From positions 992,001 through 1,056,000 of the forward strand of contig OY970195.1 of assembly GCA_963708185.1 (NCBI GenBank): a stretch of DNA of 64,000 nt. Reading direction: 5' to 3'. The stretch is from Candidatus Peregrinibacteria bacterium (GTDB lineage: Bacteria; Patescibacteriota; Gracilibacteria; UBA1369). This document shows positions 8,255-18,704 of this stretch, one piece after another. A program made the position numbers and the translations under genes. The notes beneath the pieces were generated by a model. The model worked only from the letters and a program-made list of their open reading frames with translations, did no database searches and was not told the origin of the DNA. The number at the start of each line of letters is the position of its first letter. The stretch's first letter is position 1.

Positions 8255-10612
8255 TCACGGTGCCGGTCGAATACATACACGAAGACTGGGAACACGAAGC
8301 CGGCGAGAGGACCTCGCCCTCACCCCCGCTCCATTCACGGAACCGTAACCGCTGATGTAGGAAACCGAAAACGTCCTCCACGGCGTACAGGTGTCACCGG
8401 AATTTCCGGTGTAGGTGTCGCCGAGTTGAGGGGTGTGGTTGTCGTCGGTAAGGATGGTTTTGTAGCTGTTGCTAAAACTTCCTCCCTGCTTGCAGACATT
8501 GTACTTCCAGGTGGAACCCGAAACCTGTTGTACAGCGATGCAAAGCGTTGGACCATTGGGGTTGGTGTAGCAAGCGGGGCTGCTGCTTGCCAAAAACACG
8601 TCCTGGCACTGTTGCTGGGGCGGGACGGAGCATGTACTCCAGCCGCTCCAAAAACAGCTGCTCTGACAGGTTCGGGTTTGGGTTCCGTTCGTGTTGCAGG
8701 ACTGGTTCTGGGTCTGACCGGGGGGGCAAACGCCCTGATTGAGGCATGAGCTCCACTGGCCGTTCTGGTTACACGTAGCAGTCCCGCAGTTCCCGCAGAC
8801 AGCGGTTTGGCCTGCGCTGCAGACGGGTGGCGATCCTCCGGTTCCTGAACCGCTCCCGTTGCCGGATGAACCGCCCGACCCCCCGCTACCACCGGAACCG
8901 CTGCTTCCCGGGGTCCCTCCGCTGCCTGAGCTTCCGCCCGATCCGCTGGTATCCAGATAGCAGGTCCCCGTTTGGATGTCGCAGAGCGTTCCCGGTCCGC
9001 AATATCCGCCGCAGGGGTCGTTGTTTCCACTTCCGGACGATCCCGCGCCGCCTCCGGTTCCGCCGCTGCTTGCGGTCCCACCAGAACCAGTGGAGTTGCC
9101 GCTTCCTGCACTTCCGCCGGTTCCTTGATCTCCCCCTTCGTAACCGCCGCCTGCGGGGCAGACGTTGGTTTCGCTGGGGATGCAAGCCGGGACTTCGTAG
9201 CACTGGCTCGTTGCGGGATCACAAAAGAAACCTTCGGGACAGGACAGGTAACTGCACGGACCCAAGGCTTCATCATCAATCTGCCGGGCTCCTTCACTGA
9301 TCCATTTGGCGATCTCCTCCCGTTTGATGGGGTTGTTGGGGTAAAAATCCGACTGCACTTGGACGAGCCCTTTTTGCGCACCATAGTACACAAAGGGAGC
9401 ATACCAGTCGCCGGGGTTCACGTCCTGGAACTGGCCCAGGAGTTGCGTTGCTGCGGCCTTCTGAGCCTTCCAGATGAAGTTATCGTAGAGTTCGAGAAAC
9501 TCCGCGGAATGGAAGCTGAGGATGACCATTTTGAGGGCCTGGGCTCGGGTAACCGGATCGTCGGGATGGAAGTAACGGAGCCCTCCAATCACACTCGCAT
9601 CCCTGTTGATGACCGGATACCTGGAAGGGTAAACGGCGAGGGCTTCGATATACGGCTCATCGGAATCGGCTGCCGGAACATCCGTGAACGTGGGGAGAGC
9701 GGGCACTGCGTCATACTGCCGAGCTGCAATCTTCAGCCACCGGGCCGCTTCCCTGCGCGTGACGTTTTGACCTGCGCCGTAGCGCCCGTCAAACAGTCCA
9801 AACTCGATACCGCGGTGGCGGACGTCGAGCACGTAGGGCAGTGACCAGGCATAATCCGGCAAATTCCCGCCAAACTGGTAGTCGCTGAACGTGTCTTCGA
9901 GAACACCTTCCGGATCGAGATTCTTGGCGATCTTGCTGTCATCGCCGAAGGTGTAGCCATATCCAAGAACGGCAAGGACGCCGCTTTGCATGGCCTTCTT
10001 CAGCTCCTTGAGGTTCTTCCAGCGGCGAATACCGAAATGAAGATGGGTACCCGTCACATTGCCGGTGTTTCCTTCCTTTCCGATGACGTCACCGGTATTC
10101 ACGGTCTCACAGGCGTTGAACTTCCGACTGGTTTTGTTCGTCGACGTGTCGTAGTGCATGTGGTGATAGTGGTAGGTGATGATTTCGTCGGAAAAGGCGT
10201 TGGCGCGGGTGGCAATGACGATGGTTTCACCCCACTTGTGAGAGTCGTCCTGGCCCAATGACATGACGACAAATCCATCCTGAACCGACGTAATGTCATT
10301 GATGCCCGGGGTGTGACTGGAATTGACCAGATCCAATCCATCATGGCCGTAGAGCCATTTCCCGTTGGACGAGTAGCCCTCGTCATAGGAGGTATCGTAC
10401 CCCTGACTGACCTCATGCGGAGAGAAGGGCTGTTGCATGTTTTCCACCAGCCTCTCCACGACAGGGATGTCGGTAAGATTTATAGTGGTGCACATACCGC
10501 TCGTGATGAACTTTTCCATTCCTCCGTCACCCGCGTTCGCCGTAGAGGCGAACGCGGCCAAGGACATGGTCGCCAAAACAAGCAGCAACTTGAAAAGTCG
10601 ATGCGCTTTCAT
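8255..10612 (-). CDS. Secreted M23 peptidase with SLH repeats, a Gly/Ser linker and Cys-rich repeats
   Basis: Signal peptide; M23 motifs HDGLD, YHHM and GNTGNVTGTHLHFGI; SLH motifs VTRREAA, VTRAQALKM and IKREEIAK; CGNCGT...WSSC repeats. Confidence 0.8.
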   Translation of the reverse strand: MKAHRLFKLLLVLATMSLAAFASTANAGDGGMEKFITSGMCTTINLTDIPVVERLVENMQQPFSPHEVSQGYDTSYDEGYSSNGKWLYGHDGLDLVNSSHTPGINDITSVQDGFVVMSLGQDDSHKWGETIVIATRANAFSDEIITYHYHHMHYDTSTNKTSRKFNACETVNTGDVIGKEGNTGNVTGTHLHFGIRRWKNLKELKKAMQSGVLAVLGYGYTFGDDSKIAKNLDPEGVLEDTFSDYQFGGNLPDYAWSLPYVLDVRHRGIEFGLFDGRYGAGQNVTRREAARWLKIAARQYDAVPALPTFTDVPAADSDEPYIEALAVYPSRYPVINRDASVIGGLRYFHPDDPVTRAQALKMVILSFHSAEFLELYDNFIWKAQKAAATQLLGQFQDVNPGDWYAPFVYYGAQKGLVQVQSDFYPNNPIKREEIAKWISEGARQIDDEALGPCSYLSCPEGFFCDPATSQCYEVPACIPSETNVCPAGGGYEGGDQGTGGSAGSGNSTGSGGTASSGGTGGGAGSSGSGNNDPCGGYCGPGTLCDIQTGTCYLDTSGSGGSSGSGGTPGSSGSGGSGGSGGSSGNGSGSGTGGSPPVCSAGQTAVCGNCGTATCNQNGQWSSCLNQGVCPPGQTQNQSCNTNGTQTRTCQSSCFWSGWSTCSVPPQQQCQDVFLASSSPACYTNPNGPTLCIAVQQVSGSTWKYNVCKQGGSFSNSYKTILTDDNHTPQLGDTYTGNSGDTCTPWRTFSVSYISGYGSVNGAGVRARSSRRLRVPSLRVCIRPAP

Positions 10613-10633
10613 CTTGAACTCCTTTCACCAGTA

Positions 10634-11275
10634 CTACTGGCTGATCTTGAGGGTGTTGATGATCCTGGTAAGTTCCGCGGTGTAAAGATCACCGCGATCT
10701 CCAAGCAGGAACGTCACCAGGTAGCCGTCCTTGCTGAAATCAATCTCCGTTTCCCAGTATGGACCGGGGGCCTCCACATCGATCTTGTCCATTGCCATGT
10801 AGATCGTTGTACCTGAGATCTCCATCTCTTTATACTCGGGGGTCGCCAGGCAATCACCGCCCATATTGGTACACTCCTGCTTCCACGTGGCGAAACGGTT
10901 GCTTGCCTCGTTCTTGGCGTCGGCGTCGGTTCCGGGATGAATCTCCGGTTCGAGTTTGACGAATGCGTTGTCACCAACTTTGGAAGCATGGTGCCAAATT
11001 GCGACGAGATCCTGCGGGGTGTCGAGCCACTCCCACCCGTCGGGCAGGTCGTAGCTCACGTTGAGCGCCTGTTGGGTCGCTGGCGGTTGACTGTCGCCGG
11101 AAGACTGGTTTCCGCCTTTCTGTTGAGATCCTCCGGTTCCCTGTTGGGTTCCCGGCGGCATGTAGGGCGTATTGGGTGAGGAGTCGCATCCCGCCATGAG
11201 CATGACGAAAAGTACCGCAAAGCACACCGCTGCGCGGTTCAAAATTTTTACGAACGTATTCATGTGGTTCTCCAT
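10634..11275 (-). CDS. Lipoprotein, probably co-transcribed with the M23/SLH gene
   Basis: Lipobox MAGC, a Q/G/P linker and a globular domain beginning YDLPDGWE; 21-nt gap to the next gene. Confidence 0.65.
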   Translation of the reverse strand: MENHMNTFVKILNRAAVCFAVLFVMLMAGCDSSPNTPYMPPGTQQGTGGSQQKGGNQSSGDSQPPATQQALNVSYDLPDGWEWLDTPQDLVAIWHHASKVGDNAFVKLEPEIHPGTDADAKNEASNRFATWKQECTNMGGDCLATPEYKEMEISGTTIYMAMDKIDVEAPGPYWETEIDFSKDGYLVTFLLGDRGDLYTAELTRIINTLKISQ

Positions 11276-11517
11276 GGATGTTTGAGTTAGCGTGTTAAGA
11301 ATAGCCCGACTTCTTGCAAAGTGGAATTTTTGTTTACGGTTTGTGTATGCGTCTTCGTTGATTTTAAGGATCGCTCGTTGATCGCTGCTGTTTTGGCAAG
11401 ATCAACAAGACGGCCTCATCATAAGCGAACAGTGATGATCGAATTCTCAACGAATTCTAAAAAAATTGACTTCAATTTTGTTTGGGTGTAATTATTTATT
11501 TTCCGTAACCTTTCGCC

Positions 11518-11949
11518 ATGAAGGCTGTCATTTTTGATTTTAACCGGACGCTTTATGATCCGGAACAGGGGTCTTTCATCCAGGGGGCCGTCGCCTCACT
11601 GGAAAAGTTGAAACGTGACGGTTGTCTTTTGTTTCTTGTTGGCAAGGGCACCAATGAAAGAGCCAATCTTATCAATGAACTGGGGCTTCATCGCTATTTT
11701 GACAAAATCATCGTCAAAAAAGAAAAAGAGGTTGATGATTTCAAATATCTGAAAAAGAAATATCCCGACGCCGATTTTTATGTTTTCGGCGACCGCGTGA
11801 GAAAGGAGATCAAGTTCGGCAATGCATGCGGTTTCAAGACGATCTGGTTCAAAAGCGGTAAATTTGCAGACGAAGTTGCGGAAACCAACGATGAAAAACC
11901 ATGGAAAACCATTGAAAGTTATGATGAGCTGGAAGAAGCTCTGGAGTGA
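11518..11949 (+). CDS. HAD-superfamily hydrolase
   Basis: Motif I IFDFNRTL; motif IV GDRVRKEIKFGNACG. Confidence 0.8.
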   Translation: MKAVIFDFNRTLYDPEQGSFIQGAVASLEKLKRDGCLLFLVGKGTNERANLINELGLHRYFDKIIVKKEKEVDDFKYLKKKYPDADFYVFGDRVRKEIKFGNACGFKTIWFKSGKFADEVAETNDEKPWKTIESYDELEEALE

Positions 11950-11952
11950 TTT

Positions 11953-13062
11953 TTAGGGTTTTTTATGCCCTTCGAACACCTCCAGGGCGGCCTTGGCAGA
12001 GGCCTTCCAGGTGAACTTTTCTGCGCGGCGCAAGCCGCGTTCAATCAACATGTTTCTGATCTGATCGTTCTCGATCAAACTGACGACGGAATCGGCGATT
12101 TTGCGGGCGTTTTTGGGGTCGATGAGTATTCCGGCGTCTCCGATGACTTCGGGCAAACTGGCCACGTTGGAAGACACGACGGGGCATCCGCAGGCCATGG
12201 CTTCGAGCGGGGGTATTCCAAATCCTTCATAGAGTGAAGGAAAGACGAAAACGGTGGCGCAGGCGTACATTTTCTTGAGGTCCTCGGCTTCAAGGTAGCC
12301 GGGAAAAATGACGTCGTTTTGAAGCTTGAACTCCTTGAGGCGTTGTTCGATGTGCTCGTATTTCCATCCCTTTTTGCCGACGATGACGAGCTTGGAGTCC
12401 GGCAGTTTGCTTTTAATGAGGACAAAACTTTTGATAAGTGTCCCGAAGTTTTTGCGCGGCTCCAGCGTTCCTACGGCCAATATGAATTGATCAGGCAGTT
12501 TGTATTTCTGGCGAAACTTGGCTAATTCTTCCTGTTTTACGGGTTCTTTATAAAAATCGGACGGAGCGCATGGGACCAGATGAACGCGCGCCGCAGGATA
12601 CTTGAAACGCTTGAGGAGGTCTTTTTTGGTGTTCTCGGACACCACGAAAATCTGCGACGCTTTTTTGACGGCGCGGCGCAATGTCAGCCTTTCGATGACA
12701 ACAGCTTTGGCGTTGTGATGTCTCGGAAAAAGGAAAGCCACGAGGTCGTGGACGGTGATGATGACCTTGAGCCACTTCGGAGCCATGGATGGAATGATGT
12801 AGCTTGTAGGGGCGAAGAAGAGGTCTGGCTTGTCCGCCTTGAGGTCCTTGAGCACGTTGAGATGCCACTTGAAGCCTTTGCCGCGGATATGCTTTTCCCG
12901 GGCGTTTTTGAACTCTTTGAAGGGATTTTTTTCGCTATCGGAATAAAGGGTATATTCGTTTTTGGAATCGAGCTTGAGGAGTTCGAGCACGAGGTTATAG
13001 GTGTACCATCCCTTGCCGGTTTTTTCAGCTCCGGCTTCACGGATGTCGATGGCTATTTTCAT
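11953..13062 (-). CDS. Glycosyltransferase family 4 (GT-B)
   Basis: [14 protein letters not shown] and [19 protein letters not shown]. Confidence 0.92.
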   Translation of the reverse strand: MKIAIDIREAGAEKTGKGWYTYNLVLELLKLDSKNEYTLYSDSEKNPFKEFKNAREKHIRGKGFKWHLNVLKDLKADKPDLFFAPTSYIIPSMAPKWLKVIITVHDLVAFLFPRHHNAKAVVIERLTLRRAVKKASQIFVVSENTKKDLLKRFKYPAARVHLVPCAPSDFYKEPVKQEELAKFRQKYKLPDQFILAVGTLEPRKNFGTLIKSFVLIKSKLPDSKLVIVGKKGWKYEHIEQRLKEFKLQNDVIFPGYLEAEDLKKMYACATVFVFPSLYEGFGIPPLEAMACGCPVVSSNVASLPEVIGDAGILIDPKNARKIADSVVSLIENDQIRNMLIERGLRRAEKFTWKASAKAALEVFEGHKKP

Positions 13063-13217
13063 CGGAAAATTTTCATATTTGGAGTTAAGCTGGCCAATAT
13101 TAATCGAAAATCTTTCTATTTACAATACTGGGCCGTTTGTTCCTCCAATCCAAACTTCCGTTTACAAAAAGGAGTTTGCTGTTCTATAGTGAGCTCAGGT
13201 TATTTAAGCTTACAATT

Positions 13218-13967
13218 ATGCCAAATCCACGACTCGCTCAAATCATCGCAAAGCTCCCGTTTGAGAGGAAACTTGTCGGTATTGGTTCGATTTTGATGGT
13301 TGTTTCGCTGTTTTTCCCCTGGTACCAGGACATCGATTCTTTCCATACCGGTGACACTTTTACCGGCCTGACCGGGCCGCTGTATTTTGCCGGATTCACG
13401 TTCCTGGTGCTTGCTTCGATCTCCATTCTGATGATGGTGATGGATTATCTGGACCGACAGATCCCCATCTTTAAAATGAAAACTTCCAAGTTTCATTTGT
13501 GGACCGGCGTCTTTTCTTTTTACATGCTCTTTTTGATCGGATCGGTGTATTTTCATCCGGCCTTCGGCGTGAATATCACGCTCAAACAGTCGGGGTTCGG
13601 CATGTTCACGGCCTATGCTGCTGCGGCGTTGATGACGATTGGCGGATACATGGAAGGCCGCGGCAAGGCTGCGATCAAAGCTTTTGAAAAAGAGACGCGC
13701 GAAGAACCGGTCAAGGAGCAGGAAGTTACACCACGCGTCGTTGAAACGAAGGTCGTCCATCCCATGATTGAACGAAAGCCCCGCGAAAGTCTCCGCAACA
13801 TGAAACCTGTCCAGCCGGAAACTCCCCAGCAACCGGCCATGGATCTCGGAAACGCCGAACAGACGCCTGTTCATGCACAACCGGCCGCTGCGCCCGCGCA
13901 AGCCGCTGCAAAGCCGGCGGAACCTCAAAAAGAAAGCCATGTTCAACCTTACCGCATGGACCTTTAG
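13218..13967 (+). CDS. Membrane protein (about 4 TM) with a P/Q/A-rich cytoplasmic tail
   Basis: LFFPWY motif and four hydrophobic helices; ATG 13218 chosen as start. Confidence 0.7.
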   Translation: MPNPRLAQIIAKLPFERKLVGIGSILMVVSLFFPWYQDIDSFHTGDTFTGLTGPLYFAGFTFLVLASISILMMVMDYLDRQIPIFKMKTSKFHLWTGVFSFYMLFLIGSVYFHPAFGVNITLKQSGFGMFTAYAAAALMTIGGYMEGRGKAAIKAFEKETREEPVKEQEVTPRVVETKVVHPMIERKPRESLRNMKPVQPETPQQPAMDLGNAEQTPVHAQPAAAPAQAAAKPAEPQKESHVQPYRMDL

Positions 13968-13978
13968 CATAAACTTTT

Positions 13979-14239
13979 ATGATCCCAGGGAAAATTTACG
14001 TCGACAACAAACTTCCTCCTGAACTGGTTTTTTACTGCAAGGACTGCAGGAAAATCGTTGAAACTACGCCCGTCGGGAAAAAGTTCGTCTACACATGCAA
14101 TATTTGCAAAACGAAAAATGTTGCCTTTGGAACGGTCAAAAGCATCAAGAATTTTTATCGTGTTCCTGAAGAAAACCAGGAAGCTCCAACTTTTAGCGAA
14201 GCTGAGAAGAAAGCCATGGATGCGGATAAGTTGATGTAA
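13979..14239 (+). CDS. Small zinc-ribbon protein
   Basis: CKDC and CNIC pairs. Confidence 0.7.
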   Translation: MIPGKIYVDNKLPPELVFYCKDCRKIVETTPVGKKFVYTCNICKTKNVAFGTVKSIKNFYRVPEENQEAPTFSEAEKKAMDADKLM

Positions 14240-14280
14240 CGTTCAAGAGCGGTTATACTGGCCGCCTCTAACAAACATTT

Positions 14281-14814
14281 ATGAAGAATATTTCACGGTT
14301 ATTTTTGCTGACAGGCGTTGCCATGTTTACGCTTACAGCGTGCGGGACGAAAACTCCGACCACGACCGAGAGTCAGACCCAGCAGTCAACGCAACAAAGC
14401 ACCCCGACATCGGTCATCGGAGGATTGGATCAGAGCGTCGCGTTTGCGCCGCCAAGCTATCGCTCAACGGAGACTGCTTCGTCGGACTCAGCGGCCAAAA
14501 ACTCGAGCTCAGCAGGATCTTCAACTTTCATGTACGAAGGTGGCTCCGGTCCAAGCGAAACCTACCACGTTCAAAGCAGTGACGGCAGCGACTATGCCGT
14601 GACGTTGAATCCGGTGAGTTCGGAAGCCACGCCGCAGGGGACCACCACGATGACCTATGACGTGGCCGTGCAAAACGTCTCTTCTACAAGTGCAGGAACG
14701 GCTCCCATTTTCCACGGAGTTGTTCCGTCATATCAAAATGCATACCGGGCTTCGTATCTGGCCGGGCCGGTGTTCCACGGAGCCGTTCCGATCTTCCACG
14801 GTGTCGTGCGGTAG
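14281..14814 (+). CDS. Ser/Thr-rich lipoprotein with C-terminal P[IV]FHG[VA]V repeats
   Basis: Lipobox LTAC; PIFHGVV, PVFHGAV and PIFHGVV. Confidence 0.7.
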   Translation: MKNISRLFLLTGVAMFTLTACGTKTPTTTESQTQQSTQQSTPTSVIGGLDQSVAFAPPSYRSTETASSDSAAKNSSSAGSSTFMYEGGSGPSETYHVQSSDGSDYAVTLNPVSSEATPQGTTTMTYDVAVQNVSSTSAGTAPIFHGVVPSYQNAYRASYLAGPVFHGAVPIFHGVVR

Positions 14815-14823
14815 TTCGATGTT

Positions 14824-15231
14824 TCAATGAAGCGTCGGCAGTTTGGCCGCGGTGACGCGCTGGATGAATTCGTAATCGTGGCGCCAGAATGCGTTTTCCA
14901 GGACGGCAACCAGCGCACGTTCCTTGGAAACGAAATGGAGAAAACATTCGTCTTGTTCCGCTTCTTCGTCGGAAATGACGATGCCTTTTTCACGTAAAAT
15001 CCTCCGGATATTGTCGGTAACCCTTTCCATGGCGAAAGATACGGTGCAGACGTAAAGTCCGGCCTGGCTAAGGTTCGGAAGCCGGTGATCGTAGGTAATG
15101 GAAACGGCAAGCTTCTCATCACGGAGAACGGCAAGGAGGGAGCATTTCACTTCTTCCGGCATATTCGCATCCATGACGATGTTCTCTTTTTCGACGATGG
15201 AGAGCTTTTTTTCGGGTCCTTCGAGCGACAT
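14824..15231 (-). CDS. Hypothetical protein
   Basis: 135-aa ORF filling the gap downstream of pcrA. Confidence 0.5.
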   Translation of the reverse strand: MSLEGPEKKLSIVEKENIVMDANMPEEVKCSLLAVLRDEKLAVSITYDHRLPNLSQAGLYVCTVSFAMERVTDNIRRILREKGIVISDEEAEQDECFLHFVSKERALVAVLENAFWRHDYEFIQRVTAAKLPTLH

Positions 15232-15290
15232 GGCAAAATATTACAAAATGGAAGGTTTGCCATATTAAAATATTACTCTTAAAATGTCAA

Positions 15291-17504
15291 TTACTCTACT
15301 TTTTTGAGCGGGGCGATGGAAAGTGCCAGCTTCTTGATGCCGTATTTGGGGTTCTTGAAGCAGACGGTGGCCACGCCGCCCTTCACCGAAACAATGACAC
15401 CATCACCAAAAGACTGATGATAAACCTTGTCCCCGTCAGAGAATTCAGGGGTAAAGTCGGGCGGCTCCACGGGGATGGGACTCCCGCCGATTTCGCCGGC
15501 GCTGAGCGAGCGGTGTTTTTGCTTTTCGGGTTTGTCCATGACCTCCTCGGGAATGTCGTCGAGGAACTGCGACGGGGCGCTGGACTGGACTTCACCGTAG
15601 AGCATGCGGTTTTTGGCGTGCGTCATGTAGAGCTTGTCCTTGGCGCGGGTAATCGCAACGTACATGAGGCGACGTTCTTCTTCGAGCTCGTCGCGTTCCA
15701 AAAGACTGCGTGAATGCGGAAAAATTCCTTCTTCCAGTCCGGCAAGAAACACCACCGGGAACTCGAGTCCCTTGGCGGAATGGATCGTCATGAACGTTAC
15801 GGCGTTGTCCTGTTCGCTCATGGTGTCGATGTCGGCGATGAGTGAAATTTCCTCGAGAAAAATATTGAGGGAAAGCCCCGCCTCGAGATTGTTGTACTTG
15901 GAAGCCACGCTGACAAGTTCGTAAATGTTCTCGACGCGCGCATCTCCTTCCGAGGTGTTGTCATCGACCATCTGCTTGTAGCCCGTGTACTCAAGGACGT
16001 GTTTAATGAGTCCTGAAGCCGGGAATTCGTGGTTGATCTTCTGAAGTTTCTTGATGAGTTCGACGAACTTTCTGATGACGGTGATTTTTGTTCCGGCAAG
16101 TTCAAGGTCAGCGACGTATGGATTTCCCGGTGACTCTTTTTCCGCTTTTTCAGCTTCATCCGCAATTTTTTCCATGGCCTGATAGATGGAAAGTCCGTTC
16201 TGGATCGAGTACTGCTGGAGTGTTTCGATGGTTTTGGCTCCAATTTTTCTGGCAGGAGTATTGATGATTCTCAGCAGGCTCACCGAATCGTTGGGGTTCT
16301 GGATAAGCCGCAAATAGGCCACGATGTCCTTGATCTCCTTGCGTTCGTAGAAGCGGATGCCGCCCACAATTTTGTAAGGAATGCCATAGCGGAGGAACAC
16401 TTCTTCCAGCACGCGCGACTGGGCGTTGGTGCGGTACAAGATGACGAAATCACGGTAGTCGGGAGTTTCATGAGCCTTGAGTTTCTCCAGGATTTCCTGG
16501 GCAATGAACTCCCCCTCGGCACGTTCATTTTCCATGGGGCGGAGCGTGATTTTTTCACCGTCTTCGCGCTCGGTCCAGAGTTTTTTGTCCTTGCGTTTGG
16601 AGTTTTTCACGATGATGTTGTGGGCCGCGTCGAGGATGTTTTGACTGGAACGGTAGTTCTGTTCGAGCATGATGGTGACGGCATCCGGATAATCTTTTTC
16701 AAAATTCAAAATGTTGGTGATGTTGGCCCCGCGGAAGCTGTAAATGCTCTGGTCGGAATCGCCGATGACGCAGAGGTTACGGTATTTTTCGGCGAGCATG
16801 TTCGTAAGTACGTACTGGGCGTGGTTGGTGTCCTGGTACTCATCAACGGAAATGAACTGGAATTTTTCCTGGAATTTGTCGAGAACGTTCTGGTGCTGTT
16901 TGAAGAGCTCCACGGTCTTCATGATGATGTCGTCAAAGTCGAGGGCGCTGTTTTTCTGGAGCCGCTCCTGATATTTTTCATAGACCTCGGCCACGCGTTC
17001 AGTGAAGAAATTGTTGGCATATTGGTGGTACTGTGTTGGTCCGATGAGCTGATTCTTGGCTCCGGAAATGTAGTGAAGGATGGCGCGGGGATTGGTCTGT
17101 TTTTCGTCAATGTTGAGATCTTTGAGGATCTGTTTGACGAGGATCTGCTGGTCCGCGGTGTCGTAAATGGTGAAAGCGTTTTCATACCCCAGAAGATGAA
17201 TGTTTTTGCGGAGCATGCGCACGCAGGTGGCGTGGAACGTTCCGAGCGCGGGGAGGTCGGCCTCGTCCTCTTTGTTGAGGAGTTTGATGACACGCTTTTT
17301 CATTTCCTGGGCCGCTTTGTTGGTAAAGGTCACCGCCAAGATATTCCAGGGATGAACGTTTTTTTCCTGGATCATGTAGGCGATGCGGTGGGTCAACGCC
17401 CTGGTTTTTCCCGATCCCGCTCCCGCAAGCACAAGCACAGGACCGTGCGTCGCCTTTACGGCCTCCTGCTGTTTAGGGTTCAAATTTTGAAGAATGTCTG
17501 ACAC
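15291..17504 (-). CDS. pcrA: ATP-dependent DNA helicase PcrA/UvrD
   Basis: AGAGSGKT, VDEYQDTN, GDSDQSIYSFRGA, TIHSAKGLEF and EEERRLMYVAITRA. Confidence 0.95.
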   Translation of the reverse strand: MSDILQNLNPKQQEAVKATHGPVLVLAGAGSGKTRALTHRIAYMIQEKNVHPWNILAVTFTNKAAQEMKKRVIKLLNKEDEADLPALGTFHATCVRMLRKNIHLLGYENAFTIYDTADQQILVKQILKDLNIDEKQTNPRAILHYISGAKNQLIGPTQYHQYANNFFTERVAEVYEKYQERLQKNSALDFDDIIMKTVELFKQHQNVLDKFQEKFQFISVDEYQDTNHAQYVLTNMLAEKYRNLCVIGDSDQSIYSFRGANITNILNFEKDYPDAVTIMLEQNYRSSQNILDAAHNIIVKNSKRKDKKLWTEREDGEKITLRPMENERAEGEFIAQEILEKLKAHETPDYRDFVILYRTNAQSRVLEEVFLRYGIPYKIVGGIRFYERKEIKDIVAYLRLIQNPNDSVSLLRIINTPARKIGAKTIETLQQYSIQNGLSIYQAMEKIADEAEKAEKESPGNPYVADLELAGTKITVIRKFVELIKKLQKINHEFPASGLIKHVLEYTGYKQMVDDNTSEGDARVENIYELVSVASKYNNLEAGLSLNIFLEEISLIADIDTMSEQDNAVTFMTIHSAKGLEFPVVFLAGLEEGIFPHSRSLLERDELEEERRLMYVAITRAKDKLYMTHAKNRMLYGEVQSSAPSQFLDDIPEEVMDKPEKQKHRSLSAGEIGGSPIPVEPPDFTPEFSDGDKVYHQSFGDGVIVSVKGGVATVCFKNPKYGIKKLALSIAPLKKVE

Positions 17505-17608
17505 TGTTGCGGTTTCTTATGAGATTTTGCTGGAAATTTTACTTGACAAGTATGGGTAAATTATTATATCTTAATCTCCTTATTTTTCAATACCTTTATT
17601 TACCCTGT

Positions 17609-18403
17609 ATGGGAGATTCTACTAAACCGTCGGCTGGTGGAGAAGGGGAAAATCTTGTTCATCTTCCGGGCGTGAAAAAAAATCCACGAACAGGAGAACC
17701 CGAAGTCGTGAAGGCAGATGGGCCGAAAGAGAAAACCAACGGCGAAGCTCCTGCTGACGTCGTCGCAGCCATCTCCGGCATCCAGGATGAGACCGTACAG
17801 AAAACCGGAGAGAATGTCGGTAATGTTGTACGGGTGAATTTTTCGAAAGAGCGCCAAAAAACTATTCCTTCTTCACATACTAAACCGAACGCTATGGGAA
17901 AGGGAAATAAGCGCAGCATTGGTAGGATCAATTTAGCAAAAAGCAGACCGCGTCCAAAAAAACTCGATCATAAAGTTGACGGACTCACCGTCGTTCCATC
18001 CCAAAAAGTGAAGACCATCACCGGAGGAAAAATCAGTGAAATCAGTGAGGCGGCACTGAGACATCGGGAAAATCACGCCATTCGCAGAGGCCGCAAACGT
18101 TTGTTCCAGGTTGTGGGGCTCCACGAACGTGAACTTTCAGAACAAGAAGCTGAACAGCCTGCCGTAGCAGCCAGGAACCTGGAAGCTTTAATGGCAGAGG
18201 ATTTCAGTGATGAAAAAAGAGAGACCGACCAGAAATTTTTCCATGAAGTCGCCTTGATTTTACTTTCCCTCTGGCCAAGAAATTGGAGTAGATATCTTGA
18301 TGATACAAGGATTGAGGGTATCATGCAGGCGATTCGTGACAAAGACACGCACGCACGCATATTGGCCCTCATCAAAAATTGCGCCGATCATCCGATCAGC
18401 TAA
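17609..18403 (+). CDS. Hypothetical protein (disordered basic N-half, helical C-terminus)
   Basis: Long ORF; ATG 17609 lies downstream of a TTGACA at 17543. Confidence 0.6.
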   Translation: MGDSTKPSAGGEGENLVHLPGVKKNPRTGEPEVVKADGPKEKTNGEAPADVVAAISGIQDETVQKTGENVGNVVRVNFSKERQKTIPSSHTKPNAMGKGNKRSIGRINLAKSRPRPKKLDHKVDGLTVVPSQKVKTITGGKISEISEAALRHRENHAIRRGRKRLFQVVGLHERELSEQEAEQPAVAARNLEALMAEDFSDEKRETDQKFFHEVALILLSLWPRNWSRYLDDTRIEGIMQAIRDKDTHARILALIKNCADHPIS

Positions 18404-18416
18404 AACCCTCCAGAAA

Positions 18417-18704
18417 ATGACATCAGGTCCAAAAGAAAAATTGTCGTCACAGGACGAGACTGGCATCGTCTCACCTCCCCAGAGCCAGGAACGGGCTCGG
18501 GCTTTGATCGACGATATCGTCGGTCCTTCCGCTGAAGATCTTGTCAATGAGGCGCGCTTGTTATGGGAAGAAGATCCCGAACTGGCAGCCATGCTCGGAA
18601 TCGAGATCGACGGGATCGCGAACATGAAAGACGAAAAAAAAGGTGATCGTCCGAAAGCTCAAAAGTCCGCTCCAAGAAAACGAAGGACTACCTCCGGACG
18701 GTAA
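18417..18704 (+). CDS. Hypothetical protein
   Basis: ORF starts 13 nt after the previous stop; acidic core and basic tail. Confidence 0.5.
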   Translation: MTSGPKEKLSSQDETGIVSPPQSQERARALIDDIVGPSAEDLVNEARLLWEEDPELAAMLGIEIDGIANMKDEKKGDRPKAQKSAPRKRRTTSGR

